DNA from: Diplonema japonicum
Lineage: Eukaryota; Protista; Euglenozoa: Diplonemea
Assembly (NCBI GenBank): GCA_964019335.1
Contig: OZ025665.1
Span: 496,001 to 560,000, forward strand
Length of the DNA stretch: 64,000 bases
Reading direction: 5' to 3'
Shown here: positions 39,301-51,200 of the stretch, piece by piece
How positions within the stretch are numbered: the first letter of the stretch is position 1
Layout of the letters: every line of letters begins with the position of its first letter
Program-made: the position numbers and the translations under genes
Notes under the pieces: generated by a model
Told to the model about the DNA's origin: nothing
Databases searched by the model: none
Seen by the model: only the letters and a program-made list of their open reading frames with translations

Positions 39301-41253
39301 AGGAGCGTCAGTTGCTGGTGCCGATGTGGGGACAGCTGTTGGTGGTGCTGCAGTGGAGGGAGGATTTGTATCCGGTGCTGAGGTGGGGACAGCAGTGGGT
39401 GGGGCCACAGTGGGGGGTGCATCAGTTGCTGGTGCCGATGTGGGGACAGCCGTTGGTGGTGCTGCAGTGGAGGGAGGATTTGTATCCGGTGCCGAGGTGG
39501 GTTCAGCTGTTGGAACAGCAGTGGGGACAGCTGTTGAGTCACACCCTGTTTGAAGTTTCTGCATCTGCGCTGTGGTGAGAACCTTCCTCCAAATGGACAA
39601 GTCGTCCAGCATTATGTTGTTCGCAAGCTTCCCCCCAAGAGTGTCCGCCCCTGACAGCACCATCCCCCTCACAGGTGCCATGCTCGTCGTGAAGAACTCG
39701 TCAGGGAACCCATCAGATAACCCCACCTCGGTCCCCACTTCCTTCCCGTCCATGTACATCTTCATCTCCGTTGTTGTGTGTGTGAAGCAGAAGAAGTGCC
39801 ACGTGTCCTCCGGAAAGGATAATGCTCTCAGCTCGGCTCCTCTGTACAAGGCCCGCACCCCCGACCCGTGCCACAGGAGTTTTCCATTCACAAACTCCAC
39901 CCCATACCCGTAGCCTTCGTTCGCAGTGCTGGGAATATGGAAACCCACACCGATCATAACGCCTGTGGCTGTAGCGCCTTTCTTTAGTAGGCGGGCACAT
40001 ATGGTCATCTCCCTTGTGGGGTAGTGCTCCCCTGACCCGTAGCGATAGATCGAAGGGTACTGGATCTGCGCAGTGGTCCCACCCATGAACTCTACACAAG
40101 GGATCCTCCCTGTATCGCACTCACTGGTTCTAATATTCACGTTAGTGTTGATGTAGATAGGCTTGTTCGGGAGCATTCCATCGTTGTCTGTTTGGTAACC
40201 AATAGCAGAGGGTTCAAAGCCTGTGCTCCACACAAGGTCGCCCGCCGCCAGGGACAGGGCTGAGGTGCAGCTCCCGATAATAGTTTTGGAAGAGACCTTT
40301 GAACGCATGCACACTGCATTAAATTTACTGTCGTGCTCGCCCTCCCACCACTTTCCCATCGTCACAGGTGTGAAGCGGCCTCTGTCATTATCGTCGACAA
40401 GGGTACCTGTCCAGTGCTGGTCGGGTTCCTCGGGGAAACCGTCGCCAGCTGCCCACAGCCACGTTCGGTAACTGGTTGTCTTTGCGTTGGGAAGGATGCT
40501 GAGACCGGTGTGTACTTTGCTTAGAGTTGGTCCTAACAGTGACGTGACGGCGGCTGCCTGTGCGTCGCTCTTGATGGTGACAGGGTGTGCGTTGTAGGCA
40601 TCGCAGATGTCATCTGCACACCTCCCGAGTATCTGCTCGTTGAACAGCATCACCTCGCTGTCAGCGTCGAGCGATGACCAAGTGGCCGAGGAGAGAGGGC
40701 GCTCGCAGATGAAGGGCTTCGTCTCGCCACAACCTACGAATACCCACTCCTGAGGAAAGGCTTTGTTCAGCATGACACATGTATCGGGGGACCTCAGAGG
40801 GGGGTTTGCATAGAGGGAGAAGCCCGAGGTGGGCGTTATACAAGGGCAGGGGGTAGTGGTGCAAGATGAGGTGGTCATGCAATTATTTTTACCATCTATG
40901 GTGAAGTAGCCCAACCAGAACTCATTATCCAGGATGGAGGTGAGCATCTCCTGCTCCTCCATGCTGGTGATGATCGCCAACGCGGCACCATTTTTGTTGC
41001 AACTTCCTACCGCGTCCCAGTAGGTGCTCCTTGAGGTTTGCACTTTGTATTCCTTGTTACCCACAGGCCAGTATTCGCCCGCAGCCATCGTAGCAATGCA
41101 TGGCTGACAAAATATACCAGTAGCTTTTATTTGAAAAACACACCCAGCAGCTCTACACAGGTCTGCGTTAGTGATTGACCTGCACCGTGACACCAACCCT
41201 TCAGCTCCATAGGCAGCAAGTAGAGCGATTCCTAGTACTGAACATAGTCTCAT
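36343..41253 (-). CDS. Surface protein paralog 2 (lectin/LamG/mucin/7TM)
   Basis: Same architecture. Near-identical to paralog 1 over the LamG end and stalk start (offset 18740). Confidence 0.9.
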   Translation of the reverse strand: MRLCSVLGIALLAAYGAEGLVSRCRSITNADLCRAAGCVFQIKATGIFCQPCIATMAAGEYWPVGNKEYKVQTSRSTYWDAVGSCNKNGAALAIITSMEEQEMLTSILDNEFWLGYFTIDGKNNCMTTSSCTTTPCPCITPTSGFSLYANPPLRSPDTCVMLNKAFPQEWVFVGCGETKPFICERPLSSATWSSLDADSEVMLFNEQILGRCADDICDAYNAHPVTIKSDAQAAAVTSLLGPTLSKVHTGLSILPNAKTTSYRTWLWAAGDGFPEEPDQHWTGTLVDDNDRGRFTPVTMGKWWEGEHDSKFNAVCMRSKVSSKTIIGSCTSALSLAAGDLVWSTGFEPSAIGYQTDNDGMLPNKPIYINTNVNIRTSECDTGRIPCVEFMGGTTAQIQYPSIYRYGSGEHYPTREMTICARLLKKGATATGVMIGVGFHIPSTANEGYGYGVEFVNGKLLWHGSGVRALYRGAELRALSFPEDTWHFFCFTHTTTEMKMYMDGKEVGTEVGLSDGFPDEFFTTSMAPVRGMVLSGADTLGGKLANNIMLDDLSIWRKVLTTAQMQKLQTGCDSTAVPTAVPTAEPTSAPDTNPPSTAAPPTAVPTSAPATDAPPTVAPPTAVPTSAPDTNPPSTAAPPTAVPTSAPATDAPATLAPSTASPTSAPATSPPSTAVPPTATPTSAPATDAPPTVAPPTAVPTSAPDTNPPSTAAPPTAVPTSAPATDAPATLAPSTASPTSAPATNPPSTAVPPTATPTSAPATDAPPTVAPPTAVPTSAPDTNSPSTAAPATDAPATLAPPTTSPTSAPATNPPSTAAPPTATPTSAPATDAPPTAVPTLSPETNPPSTAAPPTATPTAVPTSTPATNPPATLVPTAIPTAEPTSAPATALTLAPPTAAPLTAAPTATDSPDTIAPATAAPPTGTPTAVPTSIPATDPPATVPPTATPTAEPTSAPAPATAVPTSAPDTNPPATVAPATTTPTAAPTSAPATDPPTTKAPLTAAPTAVPTPPPTDAPATKTPPTIPPTTTPTTISTAVPTGVPLIPTAAPTSAPATYPPATVAPTATPTTSPTLIPTAMPSGTPATGTTVVPTAIPTQPPTSMPTVSAVASAEPTSSPSASRSPTLAPLPTSQPSEYSSETGPPKTSVPATPSPGTVLVEKQAQKTIRSTAAVTNPAGGARLALLNGFDCEVDDIDVGTEPLDWEYHPLGFGIGTSPHKYFLGAIVSNIGLIAAFLLLNYLLAVVLVMLGLKYDDAIFYVRAPGLVSIPMLWLLMGSCISAANLLFFPNKAPKVYAVVGLVMLFLCASVPVLLWMVILRPGRFQGTMVPDPKVTDPTKMDALENPTAEGDKEVVYTGWRRTVYILVYGREVWVRKEGGPDFFVEQYGLFFEQYREGFHWFSIVEILQIVLLSLCSVWKPYEATACTMRNITVCIILFLFFLAVVWFRPYNTPVDKGYAVFMNGAMFFAVLFMTIAIGAGGSKTLMDAAATLLLVSALLMMVKGVYDIFLYLLDLWLGRRKTALVTARRGIPNTAASTPLHISALIPVEDEEMCGIVLDTTLPEGTIKSTSYLRRPVSGLLSARSSYNSMVPLLDELDKSSSGNSEQLPVVRKVSGMTDTGNTLLQAPQRWRGSSFKI

Positions 41254-42301
41254 GCAGCCTGTGGTAGAAGGTGAAGAAGTGGGAATTTAATGGAAGTTCA
41301 AAAAGTTTACTTGAAGCAGCGGGAATGTCATTCGCAACTATTTAGAGCTGAGTAGAGAACAAAAGGGAAAAAGATTCAATCAAGAAATTCTACATAGAGT
41401 GAAGAAACAGTGTGTAACAAATATAAAATACTGTTACAAAAAGTCAGACCTAAAAGAATATAATAATAATAAAACAGAACAAGAAGAAAAAGAAAAACTG
41501 AGAAAGGGCAGAGGGCAAGCTCTTTCTTAAACACCACTATTTCCATTGAGCAGAACCAGTATCCAACTCAAAAAAAAAAAAAAAAAAAAAAAACAACACA
41601 TGCTGTGCTATGCCTAGTGTAATTTATGATTTGTAAAACAAAACTTTTATTTTATAAATAGAAAGGTTACTAGTATCACCACCGAGGTCTGTATCTTGCG
41701 TCGGCTTCGGAAGTGGCTCCAGCACAGGCTGTAACTGCTGCGGGGGAGTTCCCCCTTCATTCTTTATTTTAGATGAAAGCAAAATCAGTCAGTTTCAGGA
41801 CCTGTGAAGGCAGGTTTTCTGTAGATCCTTCTTTTGTAAAAGTATTAGTTTCGTTCGAACGGGTTTGAAAAAAGAAGAAGAAGAAGAGAAAAAAAAAAAG
41901 AAAAAAAAAAGAGAGGCCATGTAAATCATTCCCCCACAACATAAAGGGGGGAAGTGAGAGATATAATAAAAAAAAACAAATAATCGCAAAACAAAAGGAA
42001 AGGAAAAAAAAAAAAAAAAAAAAAAAAAGAATCACCAGTTTTAATCCTCACCGCCTTCTTGTCGATGCGAAGTGGTTTTTCTTGCGTTGTTAACCTTCCC
42101 TCCTCTCCATGTCTTCTTCATGCAGCACTCAAGACGACCCCTCGTCTTCCTTCTCAACCGTGAAATGTTTTCACCGCCAGAGCGCCGAGAAAAAAAAAGA
42201 AGAAGGTATGTAAATGAAATCAAGTTTAGGGACAACGGAATGAAGTAATATGAGAAAAAAAGAGAAGAAAAAAAAAAAAAAAATAGACTGTGCAAAGGGA
42301 G

Positions 42302-45300
42302 TTAAATACTGACCAAAACGCCTTTTTTCTTCACGGGCAGCATTTTCATCATGTTGCGCTCCTCACCTAGAGCAGGTAGATCTCTTTCTAAAAGCGTTAA
42401 AAGTGGCGTCACGTCAAATTCTGTTTTCCTTGAAAAAGAGCCTTGTGAAGACTGCTTGAAGGCGATACTTGATTTGATTGTACTGGAGGTCTCGTGGGTG
42501 TAACTACTCCTTAGGCTCTCTGTGTCCAGTTCTACAAGTGGAGAATGATAAACAAGATTCTCCCTTCCGGACTTTAAAAACCTTACACCCACCCCTCCTC
42601 GCCTCGCTGCTACCAGTGCCGTTTTCCTCCTCCCCAGCCACAGGTCCAACAGGTACAGAAAGATGTCATAAACACCCTTCACCATCATCAGTAAGGCAGA
42701 CACAAGCAGAAGTGTAGCTGCCGCATCCATCAGCGTCTTGCTGCCCCCTGCCCCAATCGCAATCGTCATGAACAGCACAGCAAAGAACATCGTCCCACTG
42801 ATGCACGATGCGAAGATCTTATCCAGCAGTGAGTTGTGGGGGCGAAGAAGTATAACAGCCAAGAAGAACAGAAAGAGGACAATGCAGATGAAGATATTCC
42901 GTACACTGCAGGCACCGGCCTCATAAGGCTTCCAAACGGAGCACAGGCTCAAGAGCACGATCTGCAGGATTTCCACAATGGAGAACCAATGGAAGCCCTC
43001 CCTGTACTGCTCGAAGAACAACCCGTACTGCTCCACAAAGAAGTCAGGCCCGCCCTCCTTCCGCACCCACACCTCCCTCCCGTACACAAGGATGTACACA
43101 GTCCGCCTCCACCCGGTGTACACAGAACCTTCTTTGCCAAAGGTGGCGGAATCCTTCTGCTCAACACGTTCCAGCTCCTTCACCCTGCGTGCGGTGTCTT
43201 GGTCGATCTTCGGGTCGGGTATCGTTGTCCCTTGGAACCGTCCAGGACGCAGGATCACCATCCACAAGAGTACTGGAAAGGCTGCACACACCCCGAGCAT
43301 CACAACCCCGATGACAGCGTGTTGCCTCGGTGCCCTGTCAGGGAAGAAGGTAAGGTTCGCAGCAGCAATGCTTGTGCCCATGAGGAGCCACAACATGGGG
43401 ATGCTGACAAGCCCAGGGGCCCGAACATAGAAGATGGCATCGTCGTACTTCAGTCCCAACATCACGAGGACCACAGCGAGGAGGTAGTTCAAAAGGAAGA
43501 AGGCTGTGATAATACCGATGTTGGAGACGATGGCCCCCAGGAAGTACTTGTGGGGGGACGACCCGATCCCGAAGCCCAGAGGGTGGTACTCCCAGTCCAA
43601 GGGCTCCGTACCCACGTCAATGTCCTCAACCTCGCAGTCGAACCCAGCCACCACAGCGAGCCTCGCCCCTCCAGCAGGGTTCGCCGCCGCTGTACTTGTC
43701 CGAAGATCCTTCTGACCCTGTGGCTCTATCAGCACTGTTCCCGGAGAAGACGTCTTCGGCACACTTGTCTTCGGTGGTTCTGTTCCCGGTGCTGAGGTGG
43801 GGGGTGACTTTGTCGGTGTTCTCGTAGTCGGGCTTGAAGTTAGGGGTGCAAAGGTTCCAGGTGCACTTGTGGAGGGGGGTGTGGTTCGTGGTGGTTGTGT
43901 AGGAACCGCTGTAGGCGTCCGGGTGCTGAATGGTGCTCTCGTCGGAACAGCAGTCGGCATCAAGGTCGAGGGTGCTTGTGTGGGGATGGCTGTCGGTTCT
44001 GCAGTCGGGGTTGCCGTCAAGGGCGCTAGTGTGGGTGGCATTCCAGTTGGCGGAGCTCTTGTGGGGACAGCCGTCGGGATGATGGCCGTTGGGGTCGCAG
44101 TGGACGGAGGGTCGGTGTCTGGTGCCGGTGTGGGCTCGGCGGTGGGGGGTGTTGCTGTTGGTGGGGATCCAGTAGAGGGTGCTGAGGTGGGCTCAGCTGT
44201 TGGAGGTGCAGGAGTAGGAGGAACACCAGGTATTCCTGTTGCCGGTGCCTCAGTTGCGGGGGCATCGGTAGCTGGTGCTGAGGTGGGAGTGGCGGTGGGT
44301 GGTGCAGGAGTAGGAGGAATGCCAGGAATACCCGTCGGTGGTGCCCCTGTTGGAGGAGCGTCTGTAGCTGGTGCCGATGTTGGGGCAGCAGTTGGTGGTG
44401 CTGCGGTCGAAGGAGGGTTTGTATCCGGTGCTGGAGTGGGGACAGCAGTGGGTGGGGCCATAGTTGATGGTGCACCGGTTGAGTGGCACCCAGATTGAAG
44501 CTCCCGCATCTGCGCTGTGGTGAGAACCTTCCTCCAAATGGACAGGTCGTCCAGCATTATGTTGTTTGCAAGATTCTTCCCAAGAGTGTCCGCCCCTGAC
44601 AGCACCATCCCCCTCACAGGTGCCATGCTCGTCGTGAAGAACTCGTCTGGGAACCCATCAGATAACCCCACCTCATTCCCCACTTCCTTCCCGTCCATGT
44701 ACATCTTCATCTCCGTTGTTGTGTGTGTGAAGCAAAAGAAGCGCCACGAATTCTGAGGAATAGATGCCAGCTGGACCCCTCTGTACAATGCCCGCACCCC
44801 CGACCCGTGCCACAGGAGTTTTCCATTCACAAACTCCACCCCATACCCGTAGCCTTTGTTCGCAGTGCTGGGAATATGGAAACCCACACCGATCACAACA
44901 CCGGAGGCACGTGCAGAGCCTTTCCTCAAACGGGCACATATGGTCATCTCCCTCGTGGGGTAGTGCTCCCCTGACCCGTAGCGATAGATCGAAGGGTACT
45001 GGATTTGCCCGGCACTCCCACCGATGAACTGCACACACGAGCCCCTGCCTGCAAAGCACGAGGATTTTGTGATCTGCACGTTGGCGTTCTTGTGAAACGG
45101 CTTATTCGGAAGCATCCCATCGTTGTCGGTCAGGAGGCCCTTGGTTGGGTTTTCAAAGCTAGCACTCCACACAAGGGCGGATGCCGCTAGATTAAGTGCA
45201 GAAGTGCAGGAACCCTGAACGGGTGCGTGTGACTTCCTTGCCCGCATGCATATGATCTCGTTCCGTGACTTGTATGGTGCACCCGTCCACCACTTCCCAG

Positions 45301-46210
45301 TGTTCTTCGTGGTGTAGAAGGCGGAGACGTGGTTGTCGTTCAACTTGCCGGCCCAGTGCGAGTCACCGTTGCCAGGGAAGCCGTCGCCAGCTGCCCACAA
45401 CCATGTTCGGAATGAGGTGGCTGTTGCAAATGGAAGGATACCAAGCCCGGAGAATGCGGAAGTTACGCCTGATGGAAGCAGGGCTTTGACGGCGGCTGCC
45501 TGTGTGTTGCTCTTGATGGTGACAGGGTGTGCGTTGTAGGCATCGCAGAAGTCAGAGACACACCTGCCGTGTGCTTTTGTAGGGAAGAATTGCATTTCAC
45601 TGTCGCTGTCGAGTGCCGTCCAGCTTGAGGGCTGGCGGGGTCGTTCGCAGAAGAACGCTTTCTTCTCGCTGCATACTTCGAAGCCCCAGTCCCCGGGATA
45701 GGGCTTCATGAGCCTGACACATGTGTTCGGTGCCATACCCGACTGGTTCGCAAGAAGCTCAAAGCTGGAGGTTAACCCCGCACAGTTGCAAGACACAGCA
45801 GGGAGGCCGGTGCAGGCAGGTGTTGCCTCACACCGTGTAGTCCCGTCTTTCGTGAAGTAGCCTATCCAGAATTCGGAATCCACGATGTCAGTCAGCATCT
45901 CCTGCTCCTCCATGTTGGTGATGATCGCCAACGTGGCACCGTCGGTGTTGCAAAGTTTTTGAGCATCCCAGAAGGTTTTGGAGTTCGTGCCTTTCTGCAG
46001 CCTGTATTCCTTGTTCCCAATGGGCCAGTACTTATCTGCGGCCGCGCCGTTCCCCATCGACGCGTAGCAAGGGAAGCATCGATTATTGTTCGCGACGCAC
46101 CCATACTTCATACACTCCGCCCCTCCCCGCAAGGACCTACACCGTGATGCAAGCCCATCGGTGCCCGTTGCTAATACAAGAATTGCACTTGACCATAGTA
46201 TGTGTGTCAT
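42302..46210 (-). CDS. Surface protein paralog 3 (lectin/LamG/mucin/7TM)
   Basis: Same architecture. Signal peptide MTHILWSSAILVLATGTDG; an alternative ATG lies at 46240. Confidence 0.88.
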   Translation of the reverse strand: MTHILWSSAILVLATGTDGLASRCRSLRGGAECMKYGCVANNNRCFPCYASMGNGAAADKYWPIGNKEYRLQKGTNSKTFWDAQKLCNTDGATLAIITNMEEQEMLTDIVDSEFWIGYFTKDGTTRCEATPACTGLPAVSCNCAGLTSSFELLANQSGMAPNTCVRLMKPYPGDWGFEVCSEKKAFFCERPRQPSSWTALDSDSEMQFFPTKAHGRCVSDFCDAYNAHPVTIKSNTQAAAVKALLPSGVTSAFSGLGILPFATATSFRTWLWAAGDGFPGNGDSHWAGKLNDNHVSAFYTTKNTGKWWTGAPYKSRNEIICMRARKSHAPVQGSCTSALNLAASALVWSASFENPTKGLLTDNDGMLPNKPFHKNANVQITKSSCFAGRGSCVQFIGGSAGQIQYPSIYRYGSGEHYPTREMTICARLRKGSARASGVVIGVGFHIPSTANKGYGYGVEFVNGKLLWHGSGVRALYRGVQLASIPQNSWRFFCFTHTTTEMKMYMDGKEVGNEVGLSDGFPDEFFTTSMAPVRGMVLSGADTLGKNLANNIMLDDLSIWRKVLTTAQMRELQSGCHSTGAPSTMAPPTAVPTPAPDTNPPSTAAPPTAAPTSAPATDAPPTGAPPTGIPGIPPTPAPPTATPTSAPATDAPATEAPATGIPGVPPTPAPPTAEPTSAPSTGSPPTATPPTAEPTPAPDTDPPSTATPTAIIPTAVPTRAPPTGMPPTLAPLTATPTAEPTAIPTQAPSTLMPTAVPTRAPFSTRTPTAVPTQPPRTTPPSTSAPGTFAPLTSSPTTRTPTKSPPTSAPGTEPPKTSVPKTSSPGTVLIEPQGQKDLRTSTAAANPAGGARLAVVAGFDCEVEDIDVGTEPLDWEYHPLGFGIGSSPHKYFLGAIVSNIGIITAFFLLNYLLAVVLVMLGLKYDDAIFYVRAPGLVSIPMLWLLMGTSIAAANLTFFPDRAPRQHAVIGVVMLGVCAAFPVLLWMVILRPGRFQGTTIPDPKIDQDTARRVKELERVEQKDSATFGKEGSVYTGWRRTVYILVYGREVWVRKEGGPDFFVEQYGLFFEQYREGFHWFSIVEILQIVLLSLCSVWKPYEAGACSVRNIFICIVLFLFFLAVILLRPHNSLLDKIFASCISGTMFFAVLFMTIAIGAGGSKTLMDAAATLLLVSALLMMVKGVYDIFLYLLDLWLGRRKTALVAARRGGVGVRFLKSGRENLVYHSPLVELDTESLRSSYTHETSSTIKSSIAFKQSSQGSFSRKTEFDVTPLLTLLERDLPALGEERNMMKMLPVKKKGVLVSI

Positions 46211-47778
46211 GCGGGGGCAAGCATCTGGTGGTGGTAACATGGCAGCAAAACGAAAAAAGAGAGTTAAGAAAGAAATATATAACATGGAGTTAGACAATGA
46301 GGGGCGGGGAAAGAGGAAGGGACGGGATATAAAACTATATATCCTCGCATCGAAGAAAAAGGGCATAAGGGGGAGGGAGGGGGATGCCCAGTGGCCTAAT
46401 AAGGCCACGTAAGTTAGGAGAGGGAGGGAGGGGGAGGAACTTATCTTAGGGAAAATCAACTAACTATGTCTAAAGAACAATGTTGTAGTAAATAAAAAAT
46501 TCGATCTTTTAAAGTCAAGGTGACAAGTCGAACAACGCTCCAAGTGTACCATAAAAATACAAAAAATGGGGGAGTTAGTAGTCAAAACGACACATTGGAG
46601 TGAGTTCTAACCTGTGCGGCACCACCTCTCAGACACGCGATCCATGTTACCCCTGTTTGAAAGGTCTGTGTGCCTTATTCTTGTCTCTCCGCCGAGCACC
46701 GTCACCCTGACACAGACTTCTCTGAAATTACTCGCTTAAGGGGAGGCAAAGGAGAGAGAAAAGAGCTGCACTGAAAAAAAACAGCACACCCAGGTGGGTT
46801 TGTTTCGCACCTTTAAAAGTGCAAACCACATAGACCCTGAAACAAAACACAAAAAAAAAACACAAGAAAAAAAAAAAAACACACGAATAGAGAAGGAGGG
46901 AGGGAAATATTGTAAATTGAACGAATAATGAAAAGAAGAGCCGCACAGACGAGAAGAGAAACAGGAAAAGAAGAAAAAAAAATGTCTGACAGGGGACGAA
47001 ACTTCTTGTGGTTCTCGCAGTAAAGAGCAGTAGAGAGACCTGAAGTATGGGAGGCCTTTTGGTCCCTCTTTCCGTTTTTTCAAGTTTTCAAACGGGTGGG
47101 GTAAGATTGGTGGTGCCAATCTCAGGAAGGGGTATTTTTTTTTCTTCCTTCCCCCCCCCCCCTTTTTTTTTAAGGGTGGTTCTTAGCGAATGGTACCATG
47201 CCAAGGAGCAGTAGGGGGGATTTTTTGGATTGTTTTTTTTTTTGTTTTTGTTTTTTGCTTCGGCTAGATTATGAATAGCTAAAATCAAAACGAAAATAAC
47301 AAAATCGTGCCATCGAATTAATCGATGAAGGTTTTCAAATACCAAATGTTCAAAAAACAGGAGGGTAAAGAGAGCAGTGGGATGAAAGGTCCTCCCTCTC
47401 CCTTTCCTGTTCGTCTTATTTTTTCCAAGTTTAAAGTTCTTTTTTTTTTGCCTTCTTTTTTATCTTTATGCGCGACATTTTAAAAAGCACGTCCTAGGGA
47501 GCGGGCAGCAAATAGTGGGGAAGAAGTGTAACAATGACACCACAAAAAAAAATATTTATTACTATATGCCTTTGTTGTTCGTGTTAAAAGGTTCTTAAAA
47601 AGCTGTGAAAACCTTTTGCTCCGCACAAGTTGCATATAGTTATAAAATCTTCTTTTTTGAAATACGAATATTTGTAACAGAAAAAAAAGAGAAAAAAAAG
47701 AGCCGGTTGTAGAAGGATAAGCCCAACAATTCATCACCACTCTTTTTAGCACTAACAAAGTTATATTGTTCATGCGGG

Positions 47779-47819
<41 letters not shown>

Positions 47820-48226
47820 CCCGACAACGAGGCATGCAGAGAAGGGGACACCATGTTTGTTTCCCTCTGCAAGAGCTGCACGGGGAGGGGGGGGGGGGAA
47901 AAAGGAAACAAAAAAAAGCCCTTCCGGACAGTATGGGGGGGGGAATAAACCCCACCTCGTGAGAAGGTTTCCCTCTCTTTTTTTTTTTCATACACAACAT
48001 TTTTTAAAAAAACAAGCACATTACTTTGGGTTTGGGAAGTCGGAGAAAGTGTCAACTACGACACCAAAAAGAGAGGGAAAAAAAGGAAACAAAACTGCGA
48101 GGAGAGTACTGCGATGCAGCACACAAAGGAACAAAAAGCTCCCTCTCCTATGCTCTCCACATCTAGACACGTGTCACATAATAAGGGGAAGGGAGGATGG
48201 GGGGGGATCATTCAATTTTGTTTCAC

Positions 48227-51200
48227 TCAAATACTTATTAGTCTCGCACTGTGCGACCTCTTCGGGGAACGGCTGGGCTTGGCACCTAGGAATTCAATGA
48301 GAGGGGTAATGTCAAGACCGCCAGCACCACTAGACTCCCTACTGCAACCAAAGTACTTTCGGGTTGTTTTCAACGACCGACTCGATCTTATACTTGAATC
48401 GAGCGTGAAGGGCGAAGTGGGCTCTGGGTGGTTGGCCCCTCCCCATGTGGTTAGCTCCTGCTCCGTGACCTGGGTCAATGGTATTATGTCAATTTCTGGT
48501 AATTCGGCTGTACTTCTGTCTAACCCCTCCATCTTCCCCCTCCTTGCTGCTACCAGTGCCGTTTTCCTCCTCCCCAGCCACAGGTCCAACAGGTACAGAA
48601 GAATGTCATAAACACCCTTCACCATCATCAGTAAGGCAGACACAAGCAGAAGTGTAGCTGCCATGTCCATCAGCGTCTTGCTGCCCCCTGTCCCAATCGC
48701 CAGCGTCATGAACAGCACAGCAAAGAACATCGTCCCACTGATGCATGATGCGAAGATCTTATCCAGCAGTGAGTTGTGGGGGCGAAGCAGTATAACAGCC
48801 AAGAAGAACAGAAAGAGGACAATGCAGATGAAGATATTCCGTACACTGCAGGCACCGGCCTCATAAGGCTTCCAAACGGAGCACAGGCTCAAGAGCACGA
48901 TCTGCAGGATTTCCACAATGGAGAACCAATGGAAGCCCTCCCTGTACTGCTCGAAGAACAACCCGTACTGCTCCACAAAGAAGTCAGGCCCGCCCTCCTT
49001 CCGCACCCACACCTCCCTCCCGTACACAAGGATGTACACAGTCCGCCTCCACCCGGTGTACACTACTTCCTCGCTCATTTCAAAGGTGGTGGAATCCTTC
49101 TGCTCAACACGTTCCAGCTCCTTCACCCTGCATGCAGCGTGCTTGTTTATCTTCGGGTCGGGTATCGTTGTCCCTTGGAACCGTCCAGGACGCAAGATTA
49201 TTATCCACAGCAGAACAGGGATTGACACGCACAAACAGAGCACCACCACTCCTGCAATAGCAAGTTCGGACCCATTCGACGGGAAGAAGGTAAGGTTCGC
49301 AGCAGCAATGCTTGTGCCCATGAGGAGCCACAACATGGGGATGCTGACAAGCCCAGGGGCCCGAACATAGAAGATGGCATCGTCGTACTTCAGTCCCAAC
49401 ATCACGAGGACCACAGCGAGGAGGTAGTTCAAAAGGAAGAAGGCTGTGATAATACCGATGTTGGAGACGATGGCCCCCAGGAAGTACTTGTGGGGGGACG
49501 ACCCGATCCCGAAGCCCAGAGGGTGGTACTCCCAGTCCAAGGGCTCCGTACCCACGTCAATGTCCTCAACCTCGCAGTCGAACCCAGCCACCACAGCGAG
49601 CCTCGCCCCTCCAGCAGGGTTCGCCGCCGCTGTACTTGTCCGAAGATCCTTCTGACCCTGTGGCTCTATCAGCACTGTTCCCGGAGAAGACGTCTTCGGC
49701 ACACTTGTCTTCGGTGGTTCTGTTCCCGGTGCTGAGGTGGGGGGTGACTTTGTCGGTGTTCTCGTAGTCGGGCTTGAAGTTAGGGGTGCAAAGGTTCCAG
49801 GTGCACTTGTGGAGGGGGGTGTGGTTCGTGGTGGTTGTGTAGGAACCGCTGTAGGCGTCCGGGTGCTGAATGGTGCTCTCGTCGGAACAGCAGTCGGCAT
49901 CAAGGTCGAGGGTGCTTGTGTGGGGATGGCTGTCGGTTCTGCAGTCGGGGTTGCCGTCAAGGGCGCTAGTGTGGGTGGCATTCCAGTTGGCGGAGCTCTT
50001 GTGGGGACAGCCGTCGGGATGATGGCCGTTGGGGTCGCAGTGGACGGAGGGTCGGTGTCTGGTGCCGGTGTGGGCTCGGCGGTGGGGGGTGTTGCTGTTG
50101 GTGGGGATCCAGTAGAGGGTGCTGAGGTGGGCTCAGCTGTTGGAGGTGCAGGAGTAGGAGGAACACCAGGTATTCCTGTTGCCGGTGCCTCAGTTGCGGG
50201 GGCATCGGTAGCTGGTGCTGAGGTGGGAGTGGCGGTGGGTGGTGCAGGAGTAGGAGGAATGCCAGGAATACCCGTCGGTGGTGCCCCTGTTGGAGGAGCG
50301 TCTGTAGCTGGTGCCGATGTTGGGGCAGCAGTTGGTGGTGCTGCGGTCGAAGGAGGGTTTGTATCCGGTGCTGGAGTGGGGACAGCAGTGGGTGGGGCCA
50401 TAGTTGATGGTGCCCCTGTTGGAGGAGTGTCGGTAGCTGGTGCCGCAGTAGGAGTGGCAGTTAGGGTGGCAACCGGTGGAGCTAGTGTGATAGGTGGAAT
50501 TGTATCCGGCGCTGACGTTGGGGGAGCAGGAGTTGCAGGTGCTGGAGTGAGGGGAGCAGGAGTTGTTGGTGCTGGAGTGAGGGGGGCAGGAGTCGCTGGT
50601 GCAGGTGTGGGAGGAGCAGGAGTTGCAGGTGCTGGAGTGAGGGGAGCAGGTGTGAAAGGAGCAGGAGTTGCAGGGGCTGGTGTGGCCGGCACAGGGGTTG
50701 GGGGTGCACCTGTTTCAGTACACCCATCCTGCAGCCTCTGCATCTGCGCCGTGGTGAGAACTTTCTTCCATATAGACAGATCGTCAATCAAGACCTCGGA
50801 AGCCTTCTCCTCCCCCAAACTGTCGGCACCCGACAAGACCAAACCCCTTGAGGGCGACAGTGCATTCACTGCAAACGACGTTGGGTAAGGGTCAGATGCC
50901 CCTACCTGGGTTCCCACTTCTACTCCGTCCTTGTACATCTTCATCTCCACTGTGGAGTGCGTGAAGCAGAAGAAATGCCATGTGTTGGCTGTAAACGAGG
51001 AGGCTGGGAGTTCCACACCTCTGTAGGTGCCTTCTGTACCCCCGTTGCCGTTAGAAATAGGCATAGAGCCCGACCCATGCCACAGCATCTTGCCGCCGGA
51101 CAATTCTACGTTGTATCCAAAACCCTTCGTCTCTGTTGAGGGAATGTGGTTTGCAACACCGAACAAGTTTCCAGTCGGGGAGGTGGAACTTGTCTTCATC

